NCBI GenBank assembly: GCA_041675205.1
Contig: JBAYUF010000003.1
Coordinates: 111,025 to 175,024 of the forward strand
Origin: Patescibacteria group bacterium
Lineage (GTDB): Bacteria; Patescibacteriota; Patescibacteriia; GWA2-46-9
Length of the DNA stretch: 64,000 nucleotides
Direction: 5' to 3'
In this document: positions 55,581 to 64,000 of the stretch, piece after piece
How positions within the stretch are numbered: the stretch's first letter is position 1
Layout of the letters: each line of letters opens with the position of its first letter
Notes under the pieces: generated by a model
Told to the model about the DNA's origin: nothing
Seen by the model: only the letters and a program-made list of their open reading frames with translations
Database searches by the model: none
Translations under genes and position numbers: made by a program

Positions 55581-56778
55581 TTATGGTAGATAGTTTAATG
55601 GATTAACTGGAGAGCCATTTAAGTGCACCTCAAAATGTAGGTGTGCGCCAGTGCTAAACGGCCCCGATCCTGGTTGATTTGGTAACCCACCTGACAGGGC
55701 AATGGGTTGTCCTTGGGTTACAAATGACCCGGCACTGACGAGCGGCTTAGATATATGCCCAAACACCGTTGTAATGTTTCCGTCGTGAATAAGCACGACA
55801 TACCAATAATTTTTTGGGCTTCCAGTCCTCACTTTAGCAACGTAACCTGCAGCCGGCGCACGAATCGTTGTTCCGGCGGCGGCGCGAATATCAATGGCAT
55901 TATGTTCAAAGAGCTGTTTAAATGGGTAATCAATGTCCCGAAACAGCGTGGTCACTCTGTTTTTTGGTACCGGCCAAATAAGCGGCGGTGCCTGACCAGT
56001 GTCCACTACCCCCTGCTCTTTAAGTTTTTGACGAACACTCACTTCTAGTGCCGCTACATCAGCATTTGCCGCTTCCTGTTCTCGCTTAGCTTCTTGGAGT
56101 AATGCTTCAAATTTCTTCTCTGAGGATTGCGTTACTGAAAGTATACGTTCCTTTAACAGTTGCTGCTCTTCGAGCTTTGAATGTTCGTCTTGCAAAACCT
56201 CTGAAGCGCCGAGTAGCTCATCACGCTTTCCACTGAGTGAATCATGTTGGGTCGCAAGCGTGGCCTTTATTTCGGCGACGCCATCAATGGCTTCACCAAT
56301 ACGCACTTGCAACACCTGCACTTTTTGCAAAGACGTATAGAAATCTGAGAAACTGCCGGTGGCAAAAAATGTATGCAGTGGACTGCGAGACCGCTGCAAG
56401 GCCATGTACCGTAGCAGGCCACCTAAATCAAGCTTTAATTCACTAAGCTCACCTTCACGTAAGCTGATAGCTTCTTCCAGTCCGTTAATTTCAAGATTTT
56501 TTGATTCTATAGAAAGTTGCGTGCTTTCAATTTGGGTTTCTGTTCGACTTACCGTGTCGGCCAGAATGCCTAGCTGGTTCGCCAACGTGCGGCGTTCTTG
56601 TTGTTTTTGACGAAGGCTCGCTTCATATTTTTTCGCAGTATCTTGTAGTCGCTGAATTTGCTCCTGCTTCGCTTTAATTTGTGCCTGTAATTCATCAACA
56701 CTTTCCGCCCTGCTTTGAAGCGGCACAAAAAGCAGTAGCGCGACCAACGTAAGGGTAAGTCCACGAGTAAAGAACATA
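55581..56778 (-). CDS. M23/LytM-family peptidase with N-terminal signal/TM and long coiled coil (EnvC-like)
   Basis: The C-terminal M23 motifs end in TGAHLHFEVHLNG. The coiled coil spans residues 30-250. The start is set at ATG 56778, which has an AGGAAAA RBS; the ORF-track extension is rejected. Confidence 0.8.
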
Positions 56779-56779
56779 G

Positions 56780-58282
56780 TTATTTTCCTTTCGTAAGGCT
56801 GGTGTATGCTCGCTCCACTCTCTCCAGAGACACTTCCCGGCCAAGTACAGTCAAATATATAAACGGGCTTGGGCTTTTTGCCTGGCCGGATAGTGCAACG
56901 CGGAGCGGCCAAAGCACGTCCCCCACTGAACGCCCTTCCTCTGCGATCCATTCTCGCAGTTTCTTTTCAAGTTCTTCAGCATTTCCATACATAGAATCCG
57001 GCAGCGTTCCCAGGTATTCTTTTACCGACTGTAGTATCACTGCCGTACTAGTAGCAGTACTCCCCTTCCAGAGTAATAATTCTGTTTCGTACTCCCGTGC
57101 ATCACTTAACATTTCAGCCACCAGTCCCGGCGCGTCCGCAAGTGTTTGCATCCTATCAACCGTGCCACGTAAGGCGGCTGAAATCATATGCCGACTCACT
57201 ATGTTGCCACTGGCGGTTTTAAAGTTGCCGTTTGCTTCAGTAACAACGTTACTGGCGATGAGAAACGGCAATGTTCGCTCGGTCAGTTCATTTTCTGGCA
57301 TGGCTCGCAGGTATTGCTGATTCATCCATTGCAACTTCTCCATGTTAAATATTGCACCGGCTTTATTGACATCCGCCAACTCAAACAGACCACACAGTTC
57401 AGTCAAAGAGTATAGTTCCCTATCAGTTTTCGGGTGCCAGCCGAGGAGCGCCAAAAAATTTATTAAAGCTGGCTGCACGTAGCCCTGCTCTTGAAACCCA
57501 GCCGCCGCTGCTGCACCATGCCGCTTACTTAATTTCAATCTATCGGTGCCGAGAATGAGTGGCACATGCGCATACTGTGGCGGTTGCCAACCAAATGCGG
57601 CATACGTAACGAGATGCTTCGGCGTCGACGGTAACCATTCTTCCCCGCGAATGACCTGATTAATTTCCATCAAGTGATCGTCGACCACGCTCGCCAAGTG
57701 ATACGTCGGCCAGCCGTCAGACTTTAGAAGCACAGGGTCATCGAGCAACGCATTTTGAAAATTTACCTCGCCGCGAATACTATCTATAAATTTGGTACCT
57801 CCTTCTCGTGGCATACGTAATCGCACGACATGCGGCTCCTGTTCAGCTCGGGCATTTGCCTCGGCAACTGCTAATTCCCTACAGGCGCCATCATAGCCAG
57901 TTGGTGCATGCCGAAGTTCTTGTTCCTTACGAACCTGAGCCAGTCGCTCTGCTGAGCAGAAGCAACGGTACCCTGAACCATTGGCGAGAAGCTGCCGAGC
58001 GTGCTCTTGGTATAAGGCTAGTCTGTCCGACTGGCGGTACGGCCCATATGGTCCGCCAATGTCTGGACCCTCGTCGTACTGTATTCCGTACCAGTGCAGT
58101 GTTTCAATGAGGCGCTCTTCAGCCCCAACGACAAACCTATTTCTATCGGTATCTTCAATGCGTAAAATAAACTTGCCGCCCGTATGTTTTGCATACATAT
58201 AACCAAAGAGCGCCATCCACACGCCACCAATATGGAGCTCTCCCGTGGGGGAAGGCGCAAAACGGGTACGAATATTATTCAT
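56780..58282 (-). CDS. gltX: glutamyl-tRNA synthetase
   Basis: The HIGH motif (PSPTGELHIGG) and KMSKS-like motif (KLSKRHG) are present. Confidence 0.9.
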   Translation of the reverse strand: MNNIRTRFAPSPTGELHIGGVWMALFGYMYAKHTGGKFILRIEDTDRNRFVVGAEERLIETLHWYGIQYDEGPDIGGPYGPYRQSDRLALYQEHARQLLANGSGYRCFCSAERLAQVRKEQELRHAPTGYDGACRELAVAEANARAEQEPHVVRLRMPREGGTKFIDSIRGEVNFQNALLDDPVLLKSDGWPTYHLASVVDDHLMEINQVIRGEEWLPSTPKHLVTYAAFGWQPPQYAHVPLILGTDRLKLSKRHGAAAAAGFQEQGYVQPALINFLALLGWHPKTDRELYSLTELCGLFELADVNKAGAIFNMEKLQWMNQQYLRAMPENELTERTLPFLIASNVVTEANGNFKTASGNIVSRHMISAALRGTVDRMQTLADAPGLVAEMLSDAREYETELLLWKGSTATSTAVILQSVKEYLGTLPDSMYGNAEELEKKLREWIAEEGRSVGDVLWPLRVALSGQAKSPSPFIYLTVLGREVSLERVERAYTSLTKGK

Positions 58283-59519
58283 AGGATTGCTTCAGTGTTT
58301 CAGGTAGGTGTGTTAGCGCAAGCGCCACAATTGGTCGACGAACGGGATGCACGAACTGCATAAGGTCCTTTTGCGAAACCCATTGCCAAGCATCATGTTC
58401 AATAGTATCTAGTGTAATCTCTGTTTCTAAACCCGTAAACTGTAGGTAGACAATTGTTTGTGCCTGTCCTTTGTAGGCACTCCGCCTGCTAAAATTGATG
58501 CCCTGATTGTTCGCTTGATATCGGCGCTTCCAGGAATAACGGTAAAGATTTTCCGCTGTTCTCCCAATCACTGTCAGACTAACCATACCAACTTCTTCTT
58601 TTACCTCTCGAAGGGCTGCCATCTCGATGGTCTCTCCAGACTCCCGACCGCCCTGCGGCAGCTGCCAATGATTCTGATCGCTTACCCGCGAGACAGCCAG
58701 AATGTCTTTATTTGCATTTACAATACACGCCACAACATTCGATCGATAGCGAATTGTACTTTTGGTTGTCCAGGCAATAGCGACGAGTGGGAAAAATGCG
58801 ATAGCGGTGAGAATCCTTCGCCATCGACTTGGTTGTTGTAAAAGTCGCCAGAGCCACTCCAGGTGCAGTCGACGTAGAAATCGTGGCGCCCTCTGAACCG
58901 TACCAGCCAGATAGTCGAGCGTGCCGCCTACCCCCATTGCCACCCGTACTGAGGGTAGTGCGGGTTGAAATGCCGCTATCCACCGTTCTTGCACTCCGTG
59001 ACCCAAGGCAACAAACAAGACATCCGGCCGAGACGCTCGAATAGCGGCAAGTACTTCTTCGTGCGCTGCTGTATTCAGCACGGTAAGGATATCGGCAGAA
59101 ACGGTATATGTGTTGCGGGGCGGTTCAAATGTGCCAACGACGTTTGCACCGAACTGCTGTCGGGCTTTCGTAGCCGCTAGCTCCCCTACCCCGCCTTCAG
59201 CACCAAGAAAAAAGAAACGCGTTTCCGGTGGCAATTCTTTTAATAAACTTTCAACGAAATCTGCACCAGCAATTTTTTCTGGAAGCGGAACGCCAGCTAA
59301 TTTGGCAGCAAAATATAAACCGCTACCGTCAGTTATGCTGAGGCTTGCTCCATCCAATACATTGCGAAAGCCAGCATGTTTAATGGCCATCACGGCCATT
59401 TCTGGATTCGGCGTTATAATATAGTACTGTCCATTGTTATGTAGCCAACCGGATACTTTAGAAACCGCAGCTTTGTGGGTTACAACATCCAGTGGAATTG
59501 AATACGCATAGTTTCTCAT
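58275..59519 (-). CDS. WecB/TagA/CpsF-family (GT26) glycosyltransferase fused to C-terminal Nudix hydrolase domain
   Basis: The N-terminal 250 aa (TPNPEMAVMA...SITDGSGLYFAAKL...VLFVALG...HLEWLWRL) are GT26-like. The C-terminal 150 aa carry the Nudix box GGRESGETIEMAALREVKEEVGM. The gene overlaps the gltX start by 8 nt. Confidence 0.75.
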   Translation of the reverse strand: MRNYAYSIPLDVVTHKAAVSKVSGWLHNNGQYYIITPNPEMAVMAIKHAGFRNVLDGASLSITDGSGLYFAAKLAGVPLPEKIAGADFVESLLKELPPETRFFFLGAEGGVGELAATKARQQFGANVVGTFEPPRNTYTVSADILTVLNTAAHEEVLAAIRASRPDVLFVALGHGVQERWIAAFQPALPSVRVAMGVGGTLDYLAGTVQRAPRFLRRLHLEWLWRLLQQPSRWRRILTAIAFFPLVAIAWTTKSTIRYRSNVVACIVNANKDILAVSRVSDQNHWQLPQGGRESGETIEMAALREVKEEVGMVSLTVIGRTAENLYRYSWKRRYQANNQGINFSRRSAYKGQAQTIVYLQFTGLETEITLDTIEHDAWQWVSQKDLMQFVHPVRRPIVALALTHLPETLKQSYE

Positions 59520-59561
59520 TACGGGTATGCTACCAGGAAGACCGAATAAGCTGAAATGCTA

Positions 59562-59590
59562 TTGACGCTCAACCAAAGCTTTTCTACTAT
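59562..59590 (+). promoter_or_regulatory. sigma70-like promoter for clpB (TTGACG-17-TACTAT)
   Basis: The two hexamers have 17 nt spacing and sit immediately upstream of the CIRCE element. Confidence 0.5.
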
Positions 59591-59594
59591 TCTT

Positions 59595-59621
59595 TTAGCA
59601 CTCAATTTGCTCGAGTGCCAA
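59595..59621 (+). promoter_or_regulatory. CIRCE operator (HrcA binding site) upstream of clpB
   Basis: TTAGCACTC-aatttgctc-GAGTGCCAA matches the consensus TTAGCACTC-N9-GAGTGCTAA with one mismatch. It ends 4 nt before the clpB ATG. Confidence 0.7.
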
Positions 59622-59624
59622 AAT

Positions 59625-62279
59625 ATGACCAACTTCACCAATAAATCTCAAGAAGCACTCCAGCGCGCCTATCACTTAGCGGCTGAGCACGGACATCAGC
59701 AAATAGAAGCTGGTCACCTTCTCGCGGCGCTCCTTCTACAAGAGGCCAGCATTGTTATACCTATTTTAAAACGTCTAGAAATCCCCACCACCAAACTGAA
59801 GAGCAGTGTGTCTGAATTGCTTGAAACCTACCCCAGAGTGGCTGGTGGCGGAGCGGCACAAATCTACCTCAGTCAATCCATGGGGGATGTTATGAAACGC
59901 GCTGAAGCCGAAGCCGCAAACATGAAGGATGAATACATCAGCACCGAGCATCTATTTTTAGCATTGACCGACGTCACGAGCCCTGCACAAAAGTTACTAA
60001 ACACCATAGGGGTCAACTATGCGGACGTACTGCGTGTTTTAGTTGACGTGCGAGGCAATCAACGGGTAACCGACGCAGAGCCAGAAAGTAAATTTCAAGC
60101 TCTTGAAAAGTATGCAAAAAACTTAACTGCCTTAGCACGGCAGAATAAACTTGACCCTGTTATTGGCCGCGACGACGAAATTCGGCGCGTCATGCAAGTT
60201 TTATCCAGACGCACTAAAAATAACCCGGTCCTGATTGGTGAAGCGGGTACTGGTAAAACAGCTATCGCGGAAGGTCTGGCGCAGCGCATTGCCAGTGGTG
60301 ACGTTCCTGAAACACTCAAAGACAAAGAGCTCGTTGCTCTTGATCTTGGTTCTCTATTAGCTGGTGCAAAATTTAGGGGTGAATTTGAAGATCGATTAAA
60401 AGCCGTGCTACGCGATATTGACAGCGCCGCTGGCAAGATACTTTTATTTATTGATGAACTACATACGCTGGTTGGTGCCGGGGCAGCTGAAGGCGCCATC
60501 GACGCCGCCAACATGCTAAAACCAGCGCTCGCCCGAGGTGAACTGCATGCTATCGGTGCCACTACCCTATCCGAATACCAACGCTTTATTGAAAAGGATG
60601 CAGCACTCGAACGTCGATTCCAGCCAGTGTACGTGGGCGAACCATCGATCGAAGATACCATTGCGATTCTCCGCGGACTCAAAGAACGCTATGAAATTCA
60701 TCATGGAGTGCGAATTACAGACGCGGCAGTTGTGGCCGCGGCTGAATTATCACATCGATACGTTACAGAGCGTTTCTTGCCAGACAAAGCGATTGATCTT
60801 ATCGACGAAGCGGCTTCGGCGCTCAGAATGGAAATTGATAGTCTTCCGACCGAGCTCGATAAACTTGAACGAAAAATACGGCAGCTTGAAATTGAGCGGG
60901 AGGCATTAAAAAAAGAAACTGATGCGACGTCACAAGCGCGACTAACAACCCTCGAGGCCGAACTAGCTTCCCTTAAAGAACGGTCAAACCAACTTTCAAT
61001 TCACTGGAAAAGCGAAAAGGAAACGATTGGCAAGATACGCGCCGCTAAAAAACGGGTTGATGAACTCCGACAGGAAGCGGAGTCAGCTGAGCGTAATTCT
61101 GAATTTCAGCGAGTTGCAGAAATTCGCTATGGTGAAATTCCTGCTCGAGAAACAGAAATTAAAACTCACGAAGGTCAACTATTTGATTTGGAAAAGGAAA
61201 CGGGCCAACGTATTTTGAAGGAGGAGGTCATGGCCGAGGATATTGCCAGCGTTGTTGCGAGATGGACGGGCATTCCAGTCGAAAAAATGCTGGAAGCAGA
61301 AAGCGAAAAATTAGTCCGCGCCGAAGCCGAATTATCAAAACGGGTCGTTGGCCAGCGCGACGCAATCAGTGCCGTGGCGAACGCCCTCCGTCGTTCTCGA
61401 GCAGGTATAGGCGAAGAGGGTCGCCCAATCGGCAGCTTCCTATTCGTTGGACCGACCGGCGTTGGAAAAACTGAATTAGCTCGAGCACTCGCCACCTTCA
61501 TGTTCAATGATGAGCAAGCGGTTATTCGTGTGGACATGTCGGAATACATGGAGCGACACAGTGCTGCAAAGTTTATTGGTTCGCCGCCAGGGTACGTTGG
61601 CTACGAAGAAGGCGGACAGCTAACGGAGAAAATACGTCGCCGACCATATGCGGTCGTGCTTTTTGATGAAATAGAAAAAGCACATGAGGATGTCTTTAAT
61701 TTGCTACTCCAGATATTAGAGGATGGTCGATTAACGGACGCTCGTGGACGCACCGCAAACTTCAAAAACACTATCATCATTATGACTTCAAACCTCGGCA
61801 ACAGCCTCATTGAAGAGTTCAATCTCGGTTTTGAAGGTAATAAAATTTCTGTTGCAAAAGCTCGTGAAGAGCAACTCATTGAACAGGTTCAGCTGGCCGT
61901 GCGTAATCATTTCAAGCCAGAATTCATAAACCGCATCGATGATATTGTTGTATTCCATCACCTTTCAAAGGCTGATATGGAGCACATAATTGACCTGCAG
62001 CTAGAACTCGTATCAAAACGACTTCAAGCAAAAGCCATTGTTATTACTGTCAGCGAGAAAGCTAAACAGCATCTCATGGAACAAAGTTACAGTATTGAAT
62101 TTGGCGCGCGTCCACTTAAACGCGCTATTCAGTCTACTATTCTAGATGAAATTGCCCGACGCATTGTCAGTGGAGAACTACCGGCGGGAAGCCAAGTACT
62201 CGTGGATAATGACAAGAACGGATTTACTTTCAAAGTAACTACGGCAAAGAAAACCAAACGACGCACCACTACGAAGTAG
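59625..62279 (+). CDS. clpB: chaperone ClpB (Hsp100 disaggregase)
   Basis: The N-terminal domain, D1 (GEAGTGKTA; [12 protein letters not shown]), a long middle coiled coil, D2 (GPTGVGKTE; LFDEIEKAH) and GARPLKR are all present. The ATG at 59625 gives the canonical MTNFT N-terminus. Confidence 0.9.
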   Translation: MTNFTNKSQEALQRAYHLAAEHGHQQIEAGHLLAALLLQEASIVIPILKRLEIPTTKLKSSVSELLETYPRVAGGGAAQIYLSQSMGDVMKRAEAEAANMKDEYISTEHLFLALTDVTSPAQKLLNTIGVNYADVLRVLVDVRGNQRVTDAEPESKFQALEKYAKNLTALARQNKLDPVIGRDDEIRRVMQVLSRRTKNNPVLIGEAGTGKTAIAEGLAQRIASGDVPETLKDKELVALDLGSLLAGAKFRGEFEDRLKAVLRDIDSAAGKILLFIDELHTLVGAGAAEGAIDAANMLKPALARGELHAIGATTLSEYQRFIEKDAALERRFQPVYVGEPSIEDTIAILRGLKERYEIHHGVRITDAAVVAAAELSHRYVTERFLPDKAIDLIDEAASALRMEIDSLPTELDKLERKIRQLEIEREALKKETDATSQARLTTLEAELASLKERSNQLSIHWKSEKETIGKIRAAKKRVDELRQEAESAERNSEFQRVAEIRYGEIPARETEIKTHEGQLFDLEKETGQRILKEEVMAEDIASVVARWTGIPVEKMLEAESEKLVRAEAELSKRVVGQRDAISAVANALRRSRAGIGEEGRPIGSFLFVGPTGVGKTELARALATFMFNDEQAVIRVDMSEYMERHSAAKFIGSPPGYVGYEEGGQLTEKIRRRPYAVVLFDEIEKAHEDVFNLLLQILEDGRLTDARGRTANFKNTIIIMTSNLGNSLIEEFNLGFEGNKISVAKAREEQLIEQVQLAVRNHFKPEFINRIDDIVVFHHLSKADMEHIIDLQLELVSKRLQAKAIVITVSEKAKQHLMEQSYSIEFGARPLKRAIQSTILDEIARRIVSGELPAGSQVLVDNDKNGFTFKVTTAKKTKRRTTTK

Positions 62280-62991
62280 TACTGTTGGCATTGTCCGATG
62301 GTATAGAAAGTAAACTGTAATACAGTAAGCTCGTACCCAAAACCATAAGTACTGCGCCCATTATTAAGCGGGTGATATCAAATGCAGTGTGCGCTCCGGT
62401 TGTGGTCAGTACTGACACGGCCGTTATCAATAGAGCCAACATACCGCCAGCCATGGAGAACGACCGTCGTCGCACTATTTTATCTGAATGAGCACGAACC
62501 CCGAGAAGAAAAAAAGTTAGAACAAAAGAAAAAGTGGTAATTCCGGCAACAATTCCTGTCATGGCGCGTAACCACTGAGATGTCTGCGGCCACCAAAACA
62601 CGTATGGGCCGAACGTCTCACGAATACTTGCTTCAGGACTCAGGACTATACCAATGCAGTAAACGAGACCGATAGTGGTAATAATGATACCCGCCACCAC
62701 ACCAGCTTCTCTACGGTTTAAAAAAACAGCGGGAATTTGTATAAGAATAACGCAACTTGCGTAAACGATTACGCTGCCCAAAAAATCAACTACTGCATTA
62801 CCTGCTCCAGTTCGTACCAGAAGCTCGGGCAGAGCATAAACGGCAAACATGACCGTCAATACCCAAAACCAAGCTACAAATAATCGCAACGCATCGCTCG
62901 TATGTTGATGTCGCATTTGCATAAGTCGCACCGTTACGACGGCGCTTATCAGAGCGCAAATGGCGCTGGCAATTGATACGATGGGTAGCAT
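62269..62991 (-). CDS. hypothetical polytopic membrane protein
   Basis: About seven TM helices. The start is set at ATG 62991 to avoid an antisense overlap with priA. Confidence 0.5.
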   Translation of the reverse strand: MLPIVSIASAICALISAVVTVRLMQMRHQHTSDALRLFVAWFWVLTVMFAVYALPELLVRTGAGNAVVDFLGSVIVYASCVILIQIPAVFLNRREAGVVAGIIITTIGLVYCIGIVLSPEASIRETFGPYVFWWPQTSQWLRAMTGIVAGITTFSFVLTFFLLGVRAHSDKIVRRRSFSMAGGMLALLITAVSVLTTTGAHTAFDITRLIMGAVLMVLGTSLLYYSLLSIPSDNANSTTS

Positions 62992-63058
62992 TAAAAAAGT
63001 ATACCACACGCGGGTCAGCGCAGTAACATAAGGCTGAACAACCCTGTATACTATCCGT

Positions 63059-64000
63059 ATGTCATTCGCGAATATAACCCCACGAATTCGACTGCCGAGA
63101 CACGTTCGGCAGTGCTTCACGTACGCAGTACCTGAGGGTCTAGAACCAGCAAAGGGGTCGCTTGTTATAGTGCCATTCAGAAATCGACTGGTGCTGGGCG
63201 TTGTCGACACTGTGGTGGCAAAAACAACCATTAAAAATAAACTACAAACGATTTCACAAATTCTTACCTATGCAGCATTAACAAAAACTCAGCAGTGGCT
63301 ACGTAAAGAACTTGTCAATTACTACGGGGCAACGGAAACTACCGCACTCACTACCCTCTTACCCGATTTGGCACGCCGGCCAGAGATGCACGCCGTGGCA
63401 GCAGTAAAAAAAATAACAAGCATAACACGACAAAAAAAGCCTCTGCTGCCCTTGTCACAAAGTGCCATACTGACGGGTGTACTTCCAAACCCCACCGATG
63501 ACCTTTACGTAGCCCGAACGAAAAGCGCAATTCGTCTGGATCAGCAGTCACTTATACTCCTTCCTGATAGCGAAGAACTATTTCAGGTTACGGCGGCGTA
63601 CAAAAAATTTTGTCGGGCTGAACTGTGGCACGGCAGTCTGTCGCGTACGGAAAGCGCCAGAATTTATAGAAGCGTTGCGCGTGGTGATGTGGAGGTGATT
63701 GTGGGTACACGAAGTGCTCTTTTTTTGCCTTTCGTGAACCTGGGTAATATTATGGTGCACTACCCGACCGCTGACGGACACCGTTCGTGGGACATGCAGC
63801 CGCATTATGACGCCACCGTTTTAGCAAGCACCATGGCTAGTGCATTAAAAATACCTATTTTGGTTTCTTCCACGGTGGCACCAACGACGCTTCTCAACGC
63901 ACTTCCCGTTGCTCATCAAACTGAAAAGCAACGGCGTATTATTATAGCTGATCGTCGGGCTGTACATTCCAAAGAACGACAGCATCCGCTTGATTCAAAT
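63059..64000 (+). CDS. priA: primosomal protein N' (PriA helicase), 5' partial; continues beyond window
   Basis: Hand translation gives MSFANITPRIRLPRHVRQCFTYAVPEGLEPAKGSLVIVPFRNRLVLGVV (3'-DNA-binding domain) and ...VIVGTRSALFLPFVNLGNIMV... The reading frame stays open to the window end. Confidence 0.75.
   Translation, partial: MSFANITPRIRLPRHVRQCFTYAVPEGLEPAKGSLVIVPFRNRLVLGVVDTVVAKTTIKNKLQTISQILTYAALTKTQQWLRKELVNYYGATETTALTTLLPDLARRPEMHAVAAVKKITSITRQKKPLLPLSQSAILTGVLPNPTDDLYVARTKSAIRLDQQSLILLPDSEELFQVTAAYKKFCRAELWHGSLSRTESARIYRSVARGDVEVIVGTRSALFLPFVNLGNIMVHYPTADGHRSWDMQPHYDATVLASTMASALKIPILVSSTVAPTTLLNALPVAHQTEKQRRIIIADRRAVHSKERQHPLDSN

Noticed and set aside
56779-56951. N-terminal extension of the M23 peptidase ORF (456 aa version)
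   Set aside because: The extension overlaps the gltX 3' region. An internal ATG at 56778 has an AGGAAAA RBS and yields a signal peptide.
62992-63231. Longer (320 aa) version of the membrane protein ORF extending to 63231
   Set aside because: The extension is antisense to the well-supported priA N-terminus. The internal ATG at 62991 begins the hydrophobic protein proper.

Overview
This looks like a chromosomal segment from a small-genome bacterium, possibly CPR/Saccharibacteria-like. The organism guess is inference only. The genetic code appears standard, and TGA is used as a stop.

The window has two conserved flanks of roughly 50% GC by eye, with housekeeping and cell-envelope genes:
- Flank 1-18.3 kb: a membrane-anchored Clp-like ATPase, a cluster of one GT4 and three GT2 glycosyltransferases, mreB, rplU, recR, dnaB, an AlaX-like editing protein, an FtsB-like protein, ftsEX, and tRNA-Lys, tRNA-Thr and tRNA-Gly.
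- Flank 43.7-64 kb: a DMT exporter, a CPA2 antiporter, htrA, NDH-2, greA, lysS, serS, an FtsQ-like protein, an M23 peptidase, gltX, a WecB/TagA-Nudix fusion, clpB with a CIRCE operator, and the 5' part of priA.

Between tRNA-Gln (18362) and about 43.7 kb lies a roughly 25 kb mosaic accessory region. It starts with an array of degenerate tRNA-Gln 3'-end copies that look like att-site scars. Most of the region is visibly AT-rich, mid-30s% GC by eye.

The accessory region carries:
- A type IIS restriction-modification operon with an AlwI-family endonuclease, a Dam-like methyltransferase, and a second Dam-like methyltransferase fused to a RadC/JAB domain.
- A possible HEPN-like protein.
- Five standalone Nudix hydrolases, two of them paired with SRPBCC proteins.
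- Several small-molecule-modifying enzymes: an ANT(6)-like nucleotidyltransferase, an APH-like kinase with a HAD phosphatase, a rifampin-phosphotransferase-like PEP-utilising enzyme, a TylM1-like methyltransferase, and a frameshifted VanX-like dipeptidase.
- Two short GC-rich patches that are probably of separate foreign origin.

No integrase, CRISPR array or rRNA was found. All family assignments come from reading motifs by eye and need confirmation by search.
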